NCBI RefSeq assembly: GCF_039541115.1 | Contig: NZ_BAABFP010000007.1 | Location: 248,001-312,000 of the forward strand | Direction of reading: 5' to 3' | Source: Angustibacter luteus | GTDB lineage: Bacteria > Actinomycetota > Actinomycetes > Actinomycetales > Angustibacteraceae | DNA length: 64,000 nucleotides | Shown: positions 9,701 through 17,108 of the stretch, piece by piece | Layout: the number at the start of each line of letters is the position of its first letter | Numbering within the stretch: the stretch's first letter is position 1 | Notes under the pieces: model-generated | Told to the model about the DNA's origin: nothing | Databases searched by the model: none | The model's input: the letters and a program-made list of their open reading frames with translations, nothing else | Translations under genes and position numbers: made by a program

Positions 9701-12353
9701 CTCCGGCCAGGACGTCACCTGCACGCTCGCCGCCGGGCTGGCGAACGACGCCGACGCGGCGGTCCGGATCGACGTGGACGTCGCCGCGGACGCCCCGCCC
9801 GAGGCGATCCTGAACACGGCGCACGTGGGCAGCCCCACGACGGACCCGATCCCGGCGAACAACACCGACGACGACAACACGGACGTCGACGTCACCAGCG
9901 ACCTCGCGGTGACCAAGTCGCACACCGGCCCGGCGACCGCAGGTGAGGACTTCAGCTGGCAGGTGGACGTCACCAACAACGGTCCCTCGGACAACCCCGG
10001 CCCGGTCACCGCGTCAGACACGCTGCCGCCCCGCACCAGCTACGTCTCGGCCACCGGCACCGGCTGGGACTGCTCGGCCGTCGGCCGCATCGTGACCTGC
10101 ACCCGGGACGGCGTGCTGGCCGCCGGCGAGGACGCGGCGCCGATCACCATCACCGCCGCGGTGGCCTCGGACGCCGGTCCCACCGTCCTGCTGAACAGCG
10201 TCTCGGTCTCGGGCACCGCGCACGACGACGACCTGTCGAACAACAGCGACTCCGATCCGACCATCGTGCTCAACGACGCCAACGTGTCGATCGCCAAGAC
10301 CCGGCTCGGCCCGGCGACGGTACCGGCCGGATCCACGGTGACCTACGAGCTCGACGTGGCCAACGAGGGCCCGTCGGACGCGGACGGCATCGTCGTCAGC
10401 GACACCGCACCGGCCGGACTGCGGCCCGTGAGCGTGACGCCGCCAACCGGCCAGGGCTGGGACTGCCTCATCACCGGCCAGCTCGTGCGCTGCACCAACG
10501 ACAGCGCACCGGTCGGCGCCAGCGCGACGATCACCGTGGACGCCGTCACCGACCCCAGCGCACCCGATGGCACCACGCTGACGAACACCGCGACCATCGC
10601 GACCTCGACGTCCGGTGACGACCCCGCGGACAACACCGACACGGCGACGGTGACCACCGCCCGAGAGGCCGACCTGCGGCTGACCAAGACGCACGAGCCG
10701 GCGGGGGTCGCCGCAGCCGGGGAGCCGGTCACCTTCCGGATCGCGGTGCGGAACGCCGGGCCGTCCATCGCGGTCGGCACGCTGACCGTCGTCGACACGC
10801 TCCCCGACGGTCTCACCTTCGTCTCGGCCGCGTCGCCCTGGTCGTGCACCGACGCCACGCCCGGCCCGTCCCAGGTGACGTGCACGTACACCCCCGCCGA
10901 GCCGATCCCGCCGAACGGCAACGCGCCCCCGCTGCTGATGACCGTGCAGGTCGACGCCGCCGCGCCCGCCGGGACGTACACCAACGAAGCCACGGTGAGC
11001 GGCGAGGTCGACGACCCGACGCCGAGCAACAACACCGATACCGACGACGTCCCGGTGCAACCGGTGGCCAACGTCAGCGTCACCAAGACGCACACCGGCA
11101 CCGCCCACATCGGCGACGACACCACGTTCCAGATCGCGGCGCACAACGACGGACCCTCGCAGGCCCAGGACGTGGTCGTCACCGATCTTCTGCCGAGCGG
11201 GCTGACCCTGGTCTCGGCCTCGGGTACGGGCTGGACCTGCGCCACGCCGGGGAACTCGGTGCGCTGCGTCCTGGACGACCCGCTCGACCCGACGGCCACC
11301 ACCGAGCCGATCGACGTGGTCACCACCGTCGGTCCGCTGGCCTACCCGTCGGTCGCCAACACCGCCCGGGTCACCACCTCGACCTCCGGCGACGACCCGG
11401 ACGACAACGACGCGGTCGACAGCCTCGCCGTCCCGGCCCAGGTGGACCTGTCGATCCGCAAGGCGCACACCGGTGACTTCGTGGTGGGCGAGCAGGCCAC
11501 CTGGCGGATCCTGGTGCACAACTCCGGCCCGACACCCGACCCCGGCCCGATCGTGGTCGCCGACACGCTGCCGGCGGGCGTCACCTACGTCTCGGGCAGC
11601 GGCAACGGCTGGCGCTGCGCCGCCGTCCGGCAGGCCGTGCGCTGCGTGAACACGGGCGGGTTGGCGATCGACCAGTCCCGGTTGGTGTCGATCAAGGTCA
11701 TGGTCGAGCCGTCCGCCTACCCGGCCGTGGTGAACTCCGCGACGGTCCGCTCGCCGGCGGAGGACCTCGACCCGGCCAACAACACCGACACCGACCCGGC
11801 CGACATCATCCCGGTGTCGCACCTGACCATCGCCAAGGACGTCATCGACCAGGACGGTGGTCGGGTCACCTTCGGCATCGTGGTGACCAACCACGGCCCG
11901 AGCGCCACGACGACGCCGGTCGTGGTCACCGACCCGATGCCGGCCGGGGCGACCCTGGTGGGCTTCACCGGCTCCGGCTGGCAGTGCACGTCGCAGGGCC
12001 AGACTGCGACCTGCACGTACGCCGCACCGCTCGCCTCGGGCGCCAGCACCCCGCGCCTCAGCATCGTGGCCGACCTGGACACCACGGCCCAACCCGTCGT
12101 GAACACCGCGACGGTGACCGGCGGCCAGCCGGACCCGTGCCCGGACTGCGGGGACAGCGACGACGCCAGCGCCTCGAACCCGCCCGCGCTCCTCCCCGAC
12201 CAGGCCGGGTCCGGGCTGCCGCGCACCGGCGCCAACGTCGGTCTCACCGTGCAGGCGGCGTTGGTCCTGCTCGGCTGCGGGTTCGTGATGGTGGCCGGGA
12301 CCCGGCGTCGTCGGCCTGCAAAGGCGGTGTCGTCCCGGCACCGGAGGCCGTAG
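3702..12353 (+). CDS. Giant (2883 aa) sortase-anchored surface protein with tandem DUF11/isopeptide-type Ig-like repeats
   Basis: Signal peptide; about 19 repeats of K...YT/W.(V/I)TN.G...D.LP.G..; C-terminal LPRTG + hydrophobic helix + RRRR. Confidence 0.9.
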   Translation: MRGRGVRAIWVRCVAVASLVAAVTFVAPPIAAVAAPGVSLGKTASGQVRAGEPITYTLTATNPTSNPDATVEYNLSYTDVLPAGVTYVPGSTSVNRIGEPQVISGPGAGQTTLVWANVADIVAGGSFTLTFQATPDPTLYPVGATVPNPGAKLYANTDPQEAPRFDASGTVVGGTFTESASSNSTVTTISALDLSKSEPSPEGELLRGVHDHPTVYTLTATQAQGGATNGAVLVDYLPASLEFLGCGGVDNSSAPEYAGAPSLTTTPTPAGCVNPSSVTTVQNPAGHPAGIYTRVQWNIGTIAAGATVTRTYAAGVPLHANVMWPATPPTGLGQVANLDNNTGPSSRETTSEASATNTATITGTYDGPVVDGGTNVVDVDADESVSIEDLRMHKSVSPGTFSAGSIATYTLVVDASEYVSAGFQITDTIPSGVCPLGGPGTNYGGIPDCAGSVATAPSIPYESVTPNPDGTFTVVFDPQSFPSKNGTLTITYQGFMLETYLDGPREGEPTTTGDEFTNTATVAGTTTPIASTGETGTQAVTDESSATQETSGPSIDKTMLARADTTGACPTDVGDYGHPADLPPGSTDFRLGDLVCFALEVAFPGTSETRNPTVADFLPPGFELVNGSVRVGDGSTAPSTFSTTPNSVIWELGAPPGNDRFVDQGAIFRAVLQARVTDATALPAGEVRQNQMKLSIEDANGASATFRRSIDVTIAAPPAIGLVKGVESVDVPASGPNAAGSNVDGSLVGGGSVATFRIDLTNNGAGATAAPAGAFDVWDVLPAGITCADVDNVRGSPAPADPLVVACTDPGDGAHPVFAGSDALSLLRVTTVLDPDGATVDEQVLDPGERLSLLYDVTIPTPAGVSHTYTNTAYLHSFQVPTDVGTAATYYPQDNIDPSIPDADQLAQPASDPSNVRTPGVTVAKTGTTSITETNNNAANQATVGETVSYTYAATVPAHTSIFSGVLSDPLPAAIVIVPPATLTYFPDATSPTTAPVPAGVTINPATGEVTFPATYENTTGTNQRFAVTLTVRVDSAALPAAQNNIVRTNTARFESLSEPGGSALPPITASYPVTLRQPAPAITKTNNLPLANGGDTVTFTITASNGSTNRTPLHDAFITDCIPSGLTFQAYGPSPGRTPVGGSGANGCAVGTTLLVWQLDDLAPGASVTRTYTASVPPNAVGGVKYTNTAVLTGSSLDDNKTDPLAADNPLERSYAVSASSSVTIAGADLVKTVTPERAPVGATVTYTVTVDLPPNTLFFDGALVDQRPAGIGNIQLQSFSCVILSTPQQACPQVFTPNPLTPVPQPDGSVLTANLIGDVPAVPNVRRFTITYTGLVTDVPANVAGRVATNTAHAAWNTVNGSTPTRADNAWTQSGGPGSASVTVLEPNVTTTKSVSDTTPEPTDVFTYTVTLTNANTATSSAAYRGYIRDVVPVGVVVDPATISNGGTIAGADPVNGGGTISWNDLGAGQPLAPGAFLGLTYDAKLAPSTILTGAGLTNTATNLAYDSVPTDPHRTYAGGSATATVTPDFPRLTTTKAAVDPAPAYLGDPFTWRVTVTNTGGATAFGVDVTDLLPVGWTYEDGTARVSVAGGPAVAEEPVTLGRVLTWQNEGTLQPGQAVVVTFQATPGSSVVSTPGVGSTVPQVNTASGAGEDATGATGNASGPYSAGSTTAQTRIDSADLTLTKTHVDPVVAGGRATWQVTVTNAGADTAVGPFSVTDTLPSGVTFSSATGTGWSCSRSGVTVTCTRTNANETLAPGASLPVITVVTDVAADTASGTTFTNAATATDRTYDPDLSNNTDTDTATVTTQADLAVAKAHAAPLLAGARATWTLDVTNLGPSVALAPVTVTDTLPAGTTFVSAAGSGWACTGAGTALTCTRAADLPVGPAPQITVRADVDPDVTGTLENTAHVESPTTDPVPGNNTDVDPGAVVTLANLAIDKSHNGPFTAGSSNTYLFTVHNAGPSDAAGPVTITDTLPDVLTYTGFTSVTGTWACSASGQDVTCTLAAGLANDADAAVRIDVDVAADAPPEAILNTAHVGSPTTDPIPANNTDDDNTDVDVTSDLAVTKSHTGPATAGEDFSWQVDVTNNGPSDNPGPVTASDTLPPRTSYVSATGTGWDCSAVGRIVTCTRDGVLAAGEDAAPITITAAVASDAGPTVLLNSVSVSGTAHDDDLSNNSDSDPTIVLNDANVSIAKTRLGPATVPAGSTVTYELDVANEGPSDADGIVVSDTAPAGLRPVSVTPPTGQGWDCLITGQLVRCTNDSAPVGASATITVDAVTDPSAPDGTTLTNTATIATSTSGDDPADNTDTATVTTAREADLRLTKTHEPAGVAAAGEPVTFRIAVRNAGPSIAVGTLTVVDTLPDGLTFVSAASPWSCTDATPGPSQVTCTYTPAEPIPPNGNAPPLLMTVQVDAAAPAGTYTNEATVSGEVDDPTPSNNTDTDDVPVQPVANVSVTKTHTGTAHIGDDTTFQIAAHNDGPSQAQDVVVTDLLPSGLTLVSASGTGWTCATPGNSVRCVLDDPLDPTATTEPIDVVTTVGPLAYPSVANTARVTTSTSGDDPDDNDAVDSLAVPAQVDLSIRKAHTGDFVVGEQATWRILVHNSGPTPDPGPIVVADTLPAGVTYVSGSGNGWRCAAVRQAVRCVNTGGLAIDQSRLVSIKVMVEPSAYPAVVNSATVRSPAEDLDPANNTDTDPADIIPVSHLTIAKDVIDQDGGRVTFGIVVTNHGPSATTTPVVVTDPMPAGATLVGFTGSGWQCTSQGQTATCTYAAPLASGASTPRLSIVADLDTTAQPVVNTATVTGGQPDPCPDCGDSDDASASNPPALLPDQAGSGLPRTGANVGLTVQAALVLLGCGFVMVAGTRRRRPAKAVSSRHRRP

Positions 12354-12363
12354 CGTTCGGGCC

Positions 12364-13290
12364 GTGGCACTGCCCTGGGACGAGCCGAGCTGGCTGGACG
12401 AGATCATCGCGTGGACCGCTGCGAACGCGCGGCTGACCGGTCCGGTGCAGGTGGTGCACCGGCGAGCCTGGTCGGCCCTGCTGCTGGCACCGACCACGGG
12501 TGGCGCGCTGTTCGTCAAGGCGACCGCTCCGTCGTCCCGGCACGAGGTGGGGCTGACCCAGCTGCTCGCCGCCTACGAGCCGGGCCTGACCGTCGAGCTG
12601 GTCGCCGCGGACGTCGAGCGCGGCTGGCTGCTCATGCACGACGCGGGGGAGCCGCTGCGGGACCGGCTGGAGCGCGACGACGACCTCGCGGCGGTCGAGC
12701 GGCTCTACCGCCGGTACGGCGAGCTGCAGCGCGACCTGTCCGACCGGGCCGAGCTGCTGCTGGCCCTCGGCACCCCGGACCGCCGGCTCGCCAGGATCCC
12801 CGAGCTCGCGGCGACCGTCGGCGCCGACCCCTCGCTCGTTGGGCAGCTCGTCGCGGCGACCCGGGTCTGCCCGCTGCCGGACACGCTGGTGCACGAAGAG
12901 ATCCACGACGGCAACCTGGTGGTCCGCCGGACCGACAGCCGCGACGACCTGGTGATCATCGACTGGGCGGACAGCTGCGTCGGGCACCCGTTCTTCGGCG
13001 TCGTGGTCGGTCTGCGCAGCCTCGGCGACCGCCTCGGGCTGGAGCCTGGAGCCCCTGCGTTGCAACGGTTGGTGGACTCCTACCTCGGGGCCTGGACCGA
13101 CCTGGCGCCCGTCGAGGAGCTGCGGGCCGTCTTCGCCCCGGCCTACCGGCTGGGCATGTTGAACCGGGCGCTGAGCTGGAGCGTCTGGGACGAGGGGTTC
13201 GACGACGCCACCCGGGCCGAGTACGGCCACTACGCCGACGCGTGGCTGCAGGAGTTCACCGAGGCTGAGAATCCGCTGCCGGGGACGTGA
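12364..13290 (+). CDS. Aminoglycoside phosphotransferase/kinase-like (APH family) protein
   Basis: LFVKA, WLLMHDAG, LVHEEIHDGN (Brenner-like), IIDWAD..GHPF. Confidence 0.8.
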   Translation: MALPWDEPSWLDEIIAWTAANARLTGPVQVVHRRAWSALLLAPTTGGALFVKATAPSSRHEVGLTQLLAAYEPGLTVELVAADVERGWLLMHDAGEPLRDRLERDDDLAAVERLYRRYGELQRDLSDRAELLLALGTPDRRLARIPELAATVGADPSLVGQLVAATRVCPLPDTLVHEEIHDGNLVVRRTDSRDDLVIIDWADSCVGHPFFGVVVGLRSLGDRLGLEPGAPALQRLVDSYLGAWTDLAPVEELRAVFAPAYRLGMLNRALSWSVWDEGFDDATRAEYGHYADAWLQEFTEAENPLPGT

Positions 13291-13929
13291 TCAGCCGCGG
13301 ACGCGCTCGAGCCACTCGTGGCCCGGGTGCACCTGCTCCAACGCGATGGACAGCCAGGCCCGGCGTCCGGCACCGAGCTCGGGGAGCACCTCGTCGAAGT
13401 CGCTACGGTCCTTGTCCCGCAACGCCTTCGCCTTGAACAGCAGCACGATCTCCGGTGCGACGAACGGGATGCCGCCCTCGGTCCGCTCGACCACCGCGTC
13501 GTACGGGACGCGGATCGAGGGGTTCCGGCGGCAGATCCAGGTGTCGCCGTCGTGCGGCTCGCGGAACACGTCCAGCCGGTACGCGCCGTCCGGGTCACGC
13601 AGCCAGGTCTGGTGGTGCTGGGCCATCGCCTCGGCGGCGCCGGGGCGGTCCAGCGGCCAGCGCCGCCCGTCGCCGATCACGTCGAACTCGTTCGGGCGCA
13701 AGGCGTCCCGCAGCTCGGAGAAGCCGGCCAGCGGCACCGCGATCTCCAGGTCCTCGTGGTCGCGGCGCCGACGCCCGACGTAGAGGTCGAGGGCCCAGCC
13801 GCCGGCGATCCCCCACGGGGCGTCGACACCGGCCAGCAGCGCCGCCGCCTGCTCGGGTTCCCACGCCGCCCAGCGGTCGACGTCCACCGTCAGGCCACCT
13901 GAAGGGCTCGTGACATCCGGGTCGTCCAC
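13291..13929 (-). CDS. Nucleotidyltransferase domain protein (ANT(2'')/Lnu-like fold)
   Basis: WGIAGGWALDL...RDHEDLEI; C-terminal LLFKAK..RDKD..DF. Confidence 0.75.
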   Translation of the reverse strand: MDDPDVTSPSGGLTVDVDRWAAWEPEQAAALLAGVDAPWGIAGGWALDLYVGRRRRDHEDLEIAVPLAGFSELRDALRPNEFDVIGDGRRWPLDRPGAAEAMAQHHQTWLRDPDGAYRLDVFREPHDGDTWICRRNPSIRVPYDAVVERTEGGIPFVAPEIVLLFKAKALRDKDRSDFDEVLPELGAGRRAWLSIALEQVHPGHEWLERVRG

Positions 13930-13957
13930 CCGTCCGTTCTACACCTGTTCGGGCGGT

Positions 13958-14482
13958 TCAGGACGACTGCGGGCCCTGGCCGCGCACCTCGCGCACCTTC
14001 TCCATGGCCGACCGGAGGTCACCCAGCCACTCGTCGGCGTTGTCACCCACCAGCCGCACGCACCAGGCGAGGGCGTGGGCTCGGGAGCGGGCCACGCCGG
14101 CCTCGACCAGGGTGTCGAGCACCTGGCGCTCGGGCTGGCGCAGCCGCGTCATCACCGGCACGGCGAGGTGGGTGAAGAGCTGGACCGAGTCGCCGGTCCG
14201 CACCCCCCAGGCCACCTTCCGGTCGAAGCGGTGCTCGGCCTCGCGCGCGACGGCGATCCGCCGCTCGCGGGTGTCCTCGCGCCAGCCCTGCACGCGCCCG
14301 GCCAGGGCCTGGGCGCGCTCGGCGTCGGTGGCGTCGTCGGCGAGCGACGGGGCGCCCAGCGCGAGGACGACGGTGATCTCCTCACGGTCGACGGTCACCT
14401 CGGGGGCGCCGTCGGTGGTCCACTCCTGCGGCAGGCGCCCGGTGAGCCAGGCGCGGACCTCTGCTGTGCTGTCAGTCGTCAT
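13958..14482 (-). CDS. Conserved actinobacterial hypothetical protein
   Basis: Clean GC3-biased ORF; VDREEI, FTHLAVPVMTRLRQPERQVLDTLVEAGVARSR. Confidence 0.7.
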   Translation of the reverse strand: MTTDSTAEVRAWLTGRLPQEWTTDGAPEVTVDREEITVVLALGAPSLADDATDAERAQALAGRVQGWREDTRERRIAVAREAEHRFDRKVAWGVRTGDSVQLFTHLAVPVMTRLRQPERQVLDTLVEAGVARSRAHALAWCVRLVGDNADEWLGDLRSAMEKVREVRGQGPQSS

Positions 14483-14529
14483 GTGACGATGATTACTCGC
14501 TTATACGTGTAACGCCAGCATGTTCGCTG

Positions 14530-14997
14530 TCAGCGTGCGCGGGCCGCGAGGAGCACGTCGCGGGTCACCTCCAGCTGACCGAGGTGCTGGGCGAGCTCCT
14601 CGTACAGGTGGATCACGGCACCGCCCTGAGTGCGGCCCAGTGGCAAGGAGGAGTCGTCCTCATCGAGGGCGCCGCGGACCGGCGCCGCCGGCTCCAGGTC
14701 GTCCAGGTCGGCGACCAGCTGCTCGCGCGCCGCCCGGACCCGCAGCACCAGCCCCGCGACGTCGCCGCCGGCCCGGAACTCCGCCTCGCGATCACGCTCG
14801 ATGCGGCGGCCGGCCACGGCGTACCCGCCCCAGAACTCCATGACGCCGAGGCAGTGCGTCACGACCGCGTACGGCGAGTTCGCGCCCGGGGTGTCCAAGC
14901 GCTGGTTCGCGCCCTCGTCGCCCAGCTCGCCGAGGATCGCCACCATCGCGTCCAGGGCGGCGTCGACGTACCAGAGGTAGTCCTGCGTCGAGATCAT
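14530..14997 (-). CDS. DinB/DUF664-like protein
   Basis: MISTQDYLWY start; NSPYAVVTHC, RDREAEF, HLYEELAQHLGQLE (DinB His pattern). Confidence 0.75.
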   Translation of the reverse strand: MISTQDYLWYVDAALDAMVAILGELGDEGANQRLDTPGANSPYAVVTHCLGVMEFWGGYAVAGRRIERDREAEFRAGGDVAGLVLRVRAAREQLVADLDDLEPAAPVRGALDEDDSSLPLGRTQGGAVIHLYEELAQHLGQLEVTRDVLLAARAR

Positions 14998-15004
14998 CCG
15001 ACCA

Positions 15005-16084
15005 TCATGGTCGGCGGGCACGCGGCCGCAACCACCGTTGCGCCCACGTCCGGGGCTCGACGAACGGGCCGGCCACGAACCGCACCGGGGGCAGCACGGT
15101 GACGACGCAGAACGCCACGGCGGCCAGCACGCCGACCAGCGTGGCGATCGTGGGAGCCGGCCGGCCGAGCAGGCCCGACCAGGCCAGCACCGTGAGCAGC
15201 GGGAGGTGCAGCAGGTACGGGTACATGGTGTGTCGTCCCGCTTCGGCGGCCCAGCGTCCGACTCGGGTCGGCGCGCCCGGTCGCCCCGGCACAAGCACCA
15301 GGAGGCAGACGGCCAGCACCGTCGTCAACGCGAGGGCGGCCAGCCGCGCGAGGACGCCGTGCAGCCCGCCCTGCCCGAGCGCATCGTAGGAGTCGCGGCC
15401 GAAGAAGATCGTGCGATCGAAGGTCGGCTGGTGCCCGGCCACCCACAGCCCCCACCCCGCCAGCAGCAGCCCACCGGCCGCCCGGGCAGCGGGCAGCGTC
15501 CGCCAGTGGCTCACCCGGTCCACCACCCACGGCCCGGCGACGAACACGGGCAGGAAGAACGCGATCCGGGACAGCGACAGGTGGTCGCCGATCCTCGGGC
15601 TCAGCCCGGCCAGCAGGGCGAGCGCCAGGGCCGGCAGCACCGGCCACCGCAGTCCGTGGAACCACGGCCCCAGCAGGCGCCAGGCGGCCAGCGCCACCAG
15701 GAACCACAGCCCGAACGTCTGGCTGGTGAAGCTCCAGGACGGGTGGGCTCCCTCGAAGACCCGGTTGGCAGCGAAGGCCAGCAGCTGGAAGACCACGTAC
15801 GGCACCAGCAGCTGCCAGAAGATCTTGGTCAGCCCCTCGCCCGAGGCCCGTTGCCGCCGCGCGCCCCAACCGGCCAGCAGCACCAGTCCCGCGATGTGGA
15901 AGGTGTACACGAAGTCGGAGATCGCCCGAGCGAGATCGCTGCGTCCGCGCAGGAGGCCGACGACGTGGCCGATCACCACCAGCGTGATCGCCACCCAGCG
16001 TGCCTGGTCCACCCAGGTCTGGCGCACCCGCGGCGGTTGGCCCGGTGGCGCGTCCGGAGCGGGATCGGACGTGGTGGAGCTCAC
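15005..16084 (-). CDS. Membrane acyltransferase family 3 (O-acetyltransferase); start uncertain
   Basis: R..WVDQAR..AITLVVIGH, YTFH, LWFL, GRHTMYPYLLH; many TM helices. Confidence 0.8.
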   Translation of the reverse strand: MSSTTSDPAPDAPPGQPPRVRQTWVDQARWVAITLVVIGHVVGLLRGRSDLARAISDFVYTFHIAGLVLLAGWGARRQRASGEGLTKIFWQLLVPYVVFQLLAFAANRVFEGAHPSWSFTSQTFGLWFLVALAAWRLLGPWFHGLRWPVLPALALALLAGLSPRIGDHLSLSRIAFFLPVFVAGPWVVDRVSHWRTLPAARAAGGLLLAGWGLWVAGHQPTFDRTIFFGRDSYDALGQGGLHGVLARLAALALTTVLAVCLLVLVPGRPGAPTRVGRWAAEAGRHTMYPYLLHLPLLTVLAWSGLLGRPAPTIATLVGVLAAVAFCVVTVLPPVRFVAGPFVEPRTWAQRWLRPRARRP

Positions 16085-16193
16085 CTGCGTCCTCGGCTCA
16101 CGCTGCACTGCGGTCCTCTCGTCCAGGGGAGGCTGACGAGGCATCACTGTAGGGCGGTGGATCTTCGGCGGAGGTTTTGGCAGAGTCGGGCGG

Positions 16194-16922
16194 GTGTTCG
16201 GCCGCCGCAAGCAACCGTCGTCGCTGACCCTCTGGTGCACGGCGGACCCGCCGACCCTGCGCGCCCTCGCCGAGGTGGGCTGGCGTTCCTTCCCCCAGGC
16301 GGGTGCCCAGGACACCGCGCTCGAGTCGTTCCGGCTGCGTGACGACGCGGTGCACGTGGCCCGCAGTGACCTGGTCGCCGCACAGGGGGAGGGATCGGTC
16401 GTCGTCTTCGACGTCGCCCCCGACCTGCCGGACTGGAGCGGCGTCGTCACGGACGGCGACCGGCTGCGGATCCCCAAGGGTCGCCGGCTGACCAAGGCCC
16501 TCGTCGGCGAGATCAGCGAGGAGGCCCAGTACCAGCGCGGGGTGCCGCACGCCGAGGTGGACGCCGTCCGGGACGCCTTCGGCTGGCCCGTGCCCAGCGC
16601 CTGGCGCGAGATGGTCACCGCCGCCGGCTGGCTGCGCCGTGGCTGGATGCTCAGCGGCGCATACGTCGAGCTGCACCCGCCGGTGGATGCCATCCGGGTC
16701 ACCCGGGAATGGACGAGCGAGATGATCTACCACCCCGGCGTGCTGGTGATCGGTTCGAACGGCGCCGACCGGCACCTGGCGGTCGACCTGCGCGAGGACG
16801 ACCCGGCCGTACACCTCGTCGAGCCGTCCAGCGTCGGGTGGGAGGACACGGTCGTCCAGGCGCCCAGCGTGCGGGTGCTCGCGCACCGGCTGGAGACCGG
16901 GGACTTCGGTTACCTGGCCTGA
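16194..16922 (+). CDS. SMI1/KNR4 (SUKH) domain protein
   Basis: C-terminal G...AEVDAVRDAFGWPVPSAWRE...LVIGSNGAD.HLAVDL...QAPS pattern. Confidence 0.65.
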   Translation: MFGRRKQPSSLTLWCTADPPTLRALAEVGWRSFPQAGAQDTALESFRLRDDAVHVARSDLVAAQGEGSVVVFDVAPDLPDWSGVVTDGDRLRIPKGRRLTKALVGEISEEAQYQRGVPHAEVDAVRDAFGWPVPSAWREMVTAAGWLRRGWMLSGAYVELHPPVDAIRVTREWTSEMIYHPGVLVIGSNGADRHLAVDLREDDPAVHLVEPSSVGWEDTVVQAPSVRVLAHRLETGDFGYLA

Positions 16923-16951
16923 CGAACCCCGCAGCCGGTACCCTTGACCTC

Positions 16952-16990
16952 GTGACCTGCACCGTGAACCGCGCGTGGTGGCTGCCGTAG
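16952..16990 (+). CDS. Trp leader peptide (MTCTVNRAWWLP)
   Basis: 12-codon ORF with tandem TGG TGG directly upstream of trpS; TACCCT -10 hexamer 7 nt before the GTG. Confidence 0.8.
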   Translation: MTCTVNRAWWLP

Positions 16991-17038
16991 CTCGGCGGCC
17001 CACTGACGCATCCCCTCTGGCCGCCGCACGGCGGCCAG
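16980..17038 (+). promoter_or_regulatory. Ribosome-mediated attenuator (alternative hairpins)
   Basis: Segments ggctgccg (16980-87), cggcggcc (16993-17000), ctggccgccg (17017-26), cggcggccag (17029-38) allow 1:2, 2:3 and 3:4 pairings. Confidence 0.75.
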
Positions 17039-17108
17039 GCGCACGGTCTCTCGTAGACACTTCTCCCGGTCCGGCGTGACGGCGTCCGCCGACCGACGGA
17101 GACCTGCC

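Noticed and set aside
12364..13929. APH-like + nucleotidyltransferase-like pair as an antibiotic-resistance island
   Set aside because: Convergent, only fold-level similarity, no mobility genes, and no apparent compositional anomaly.
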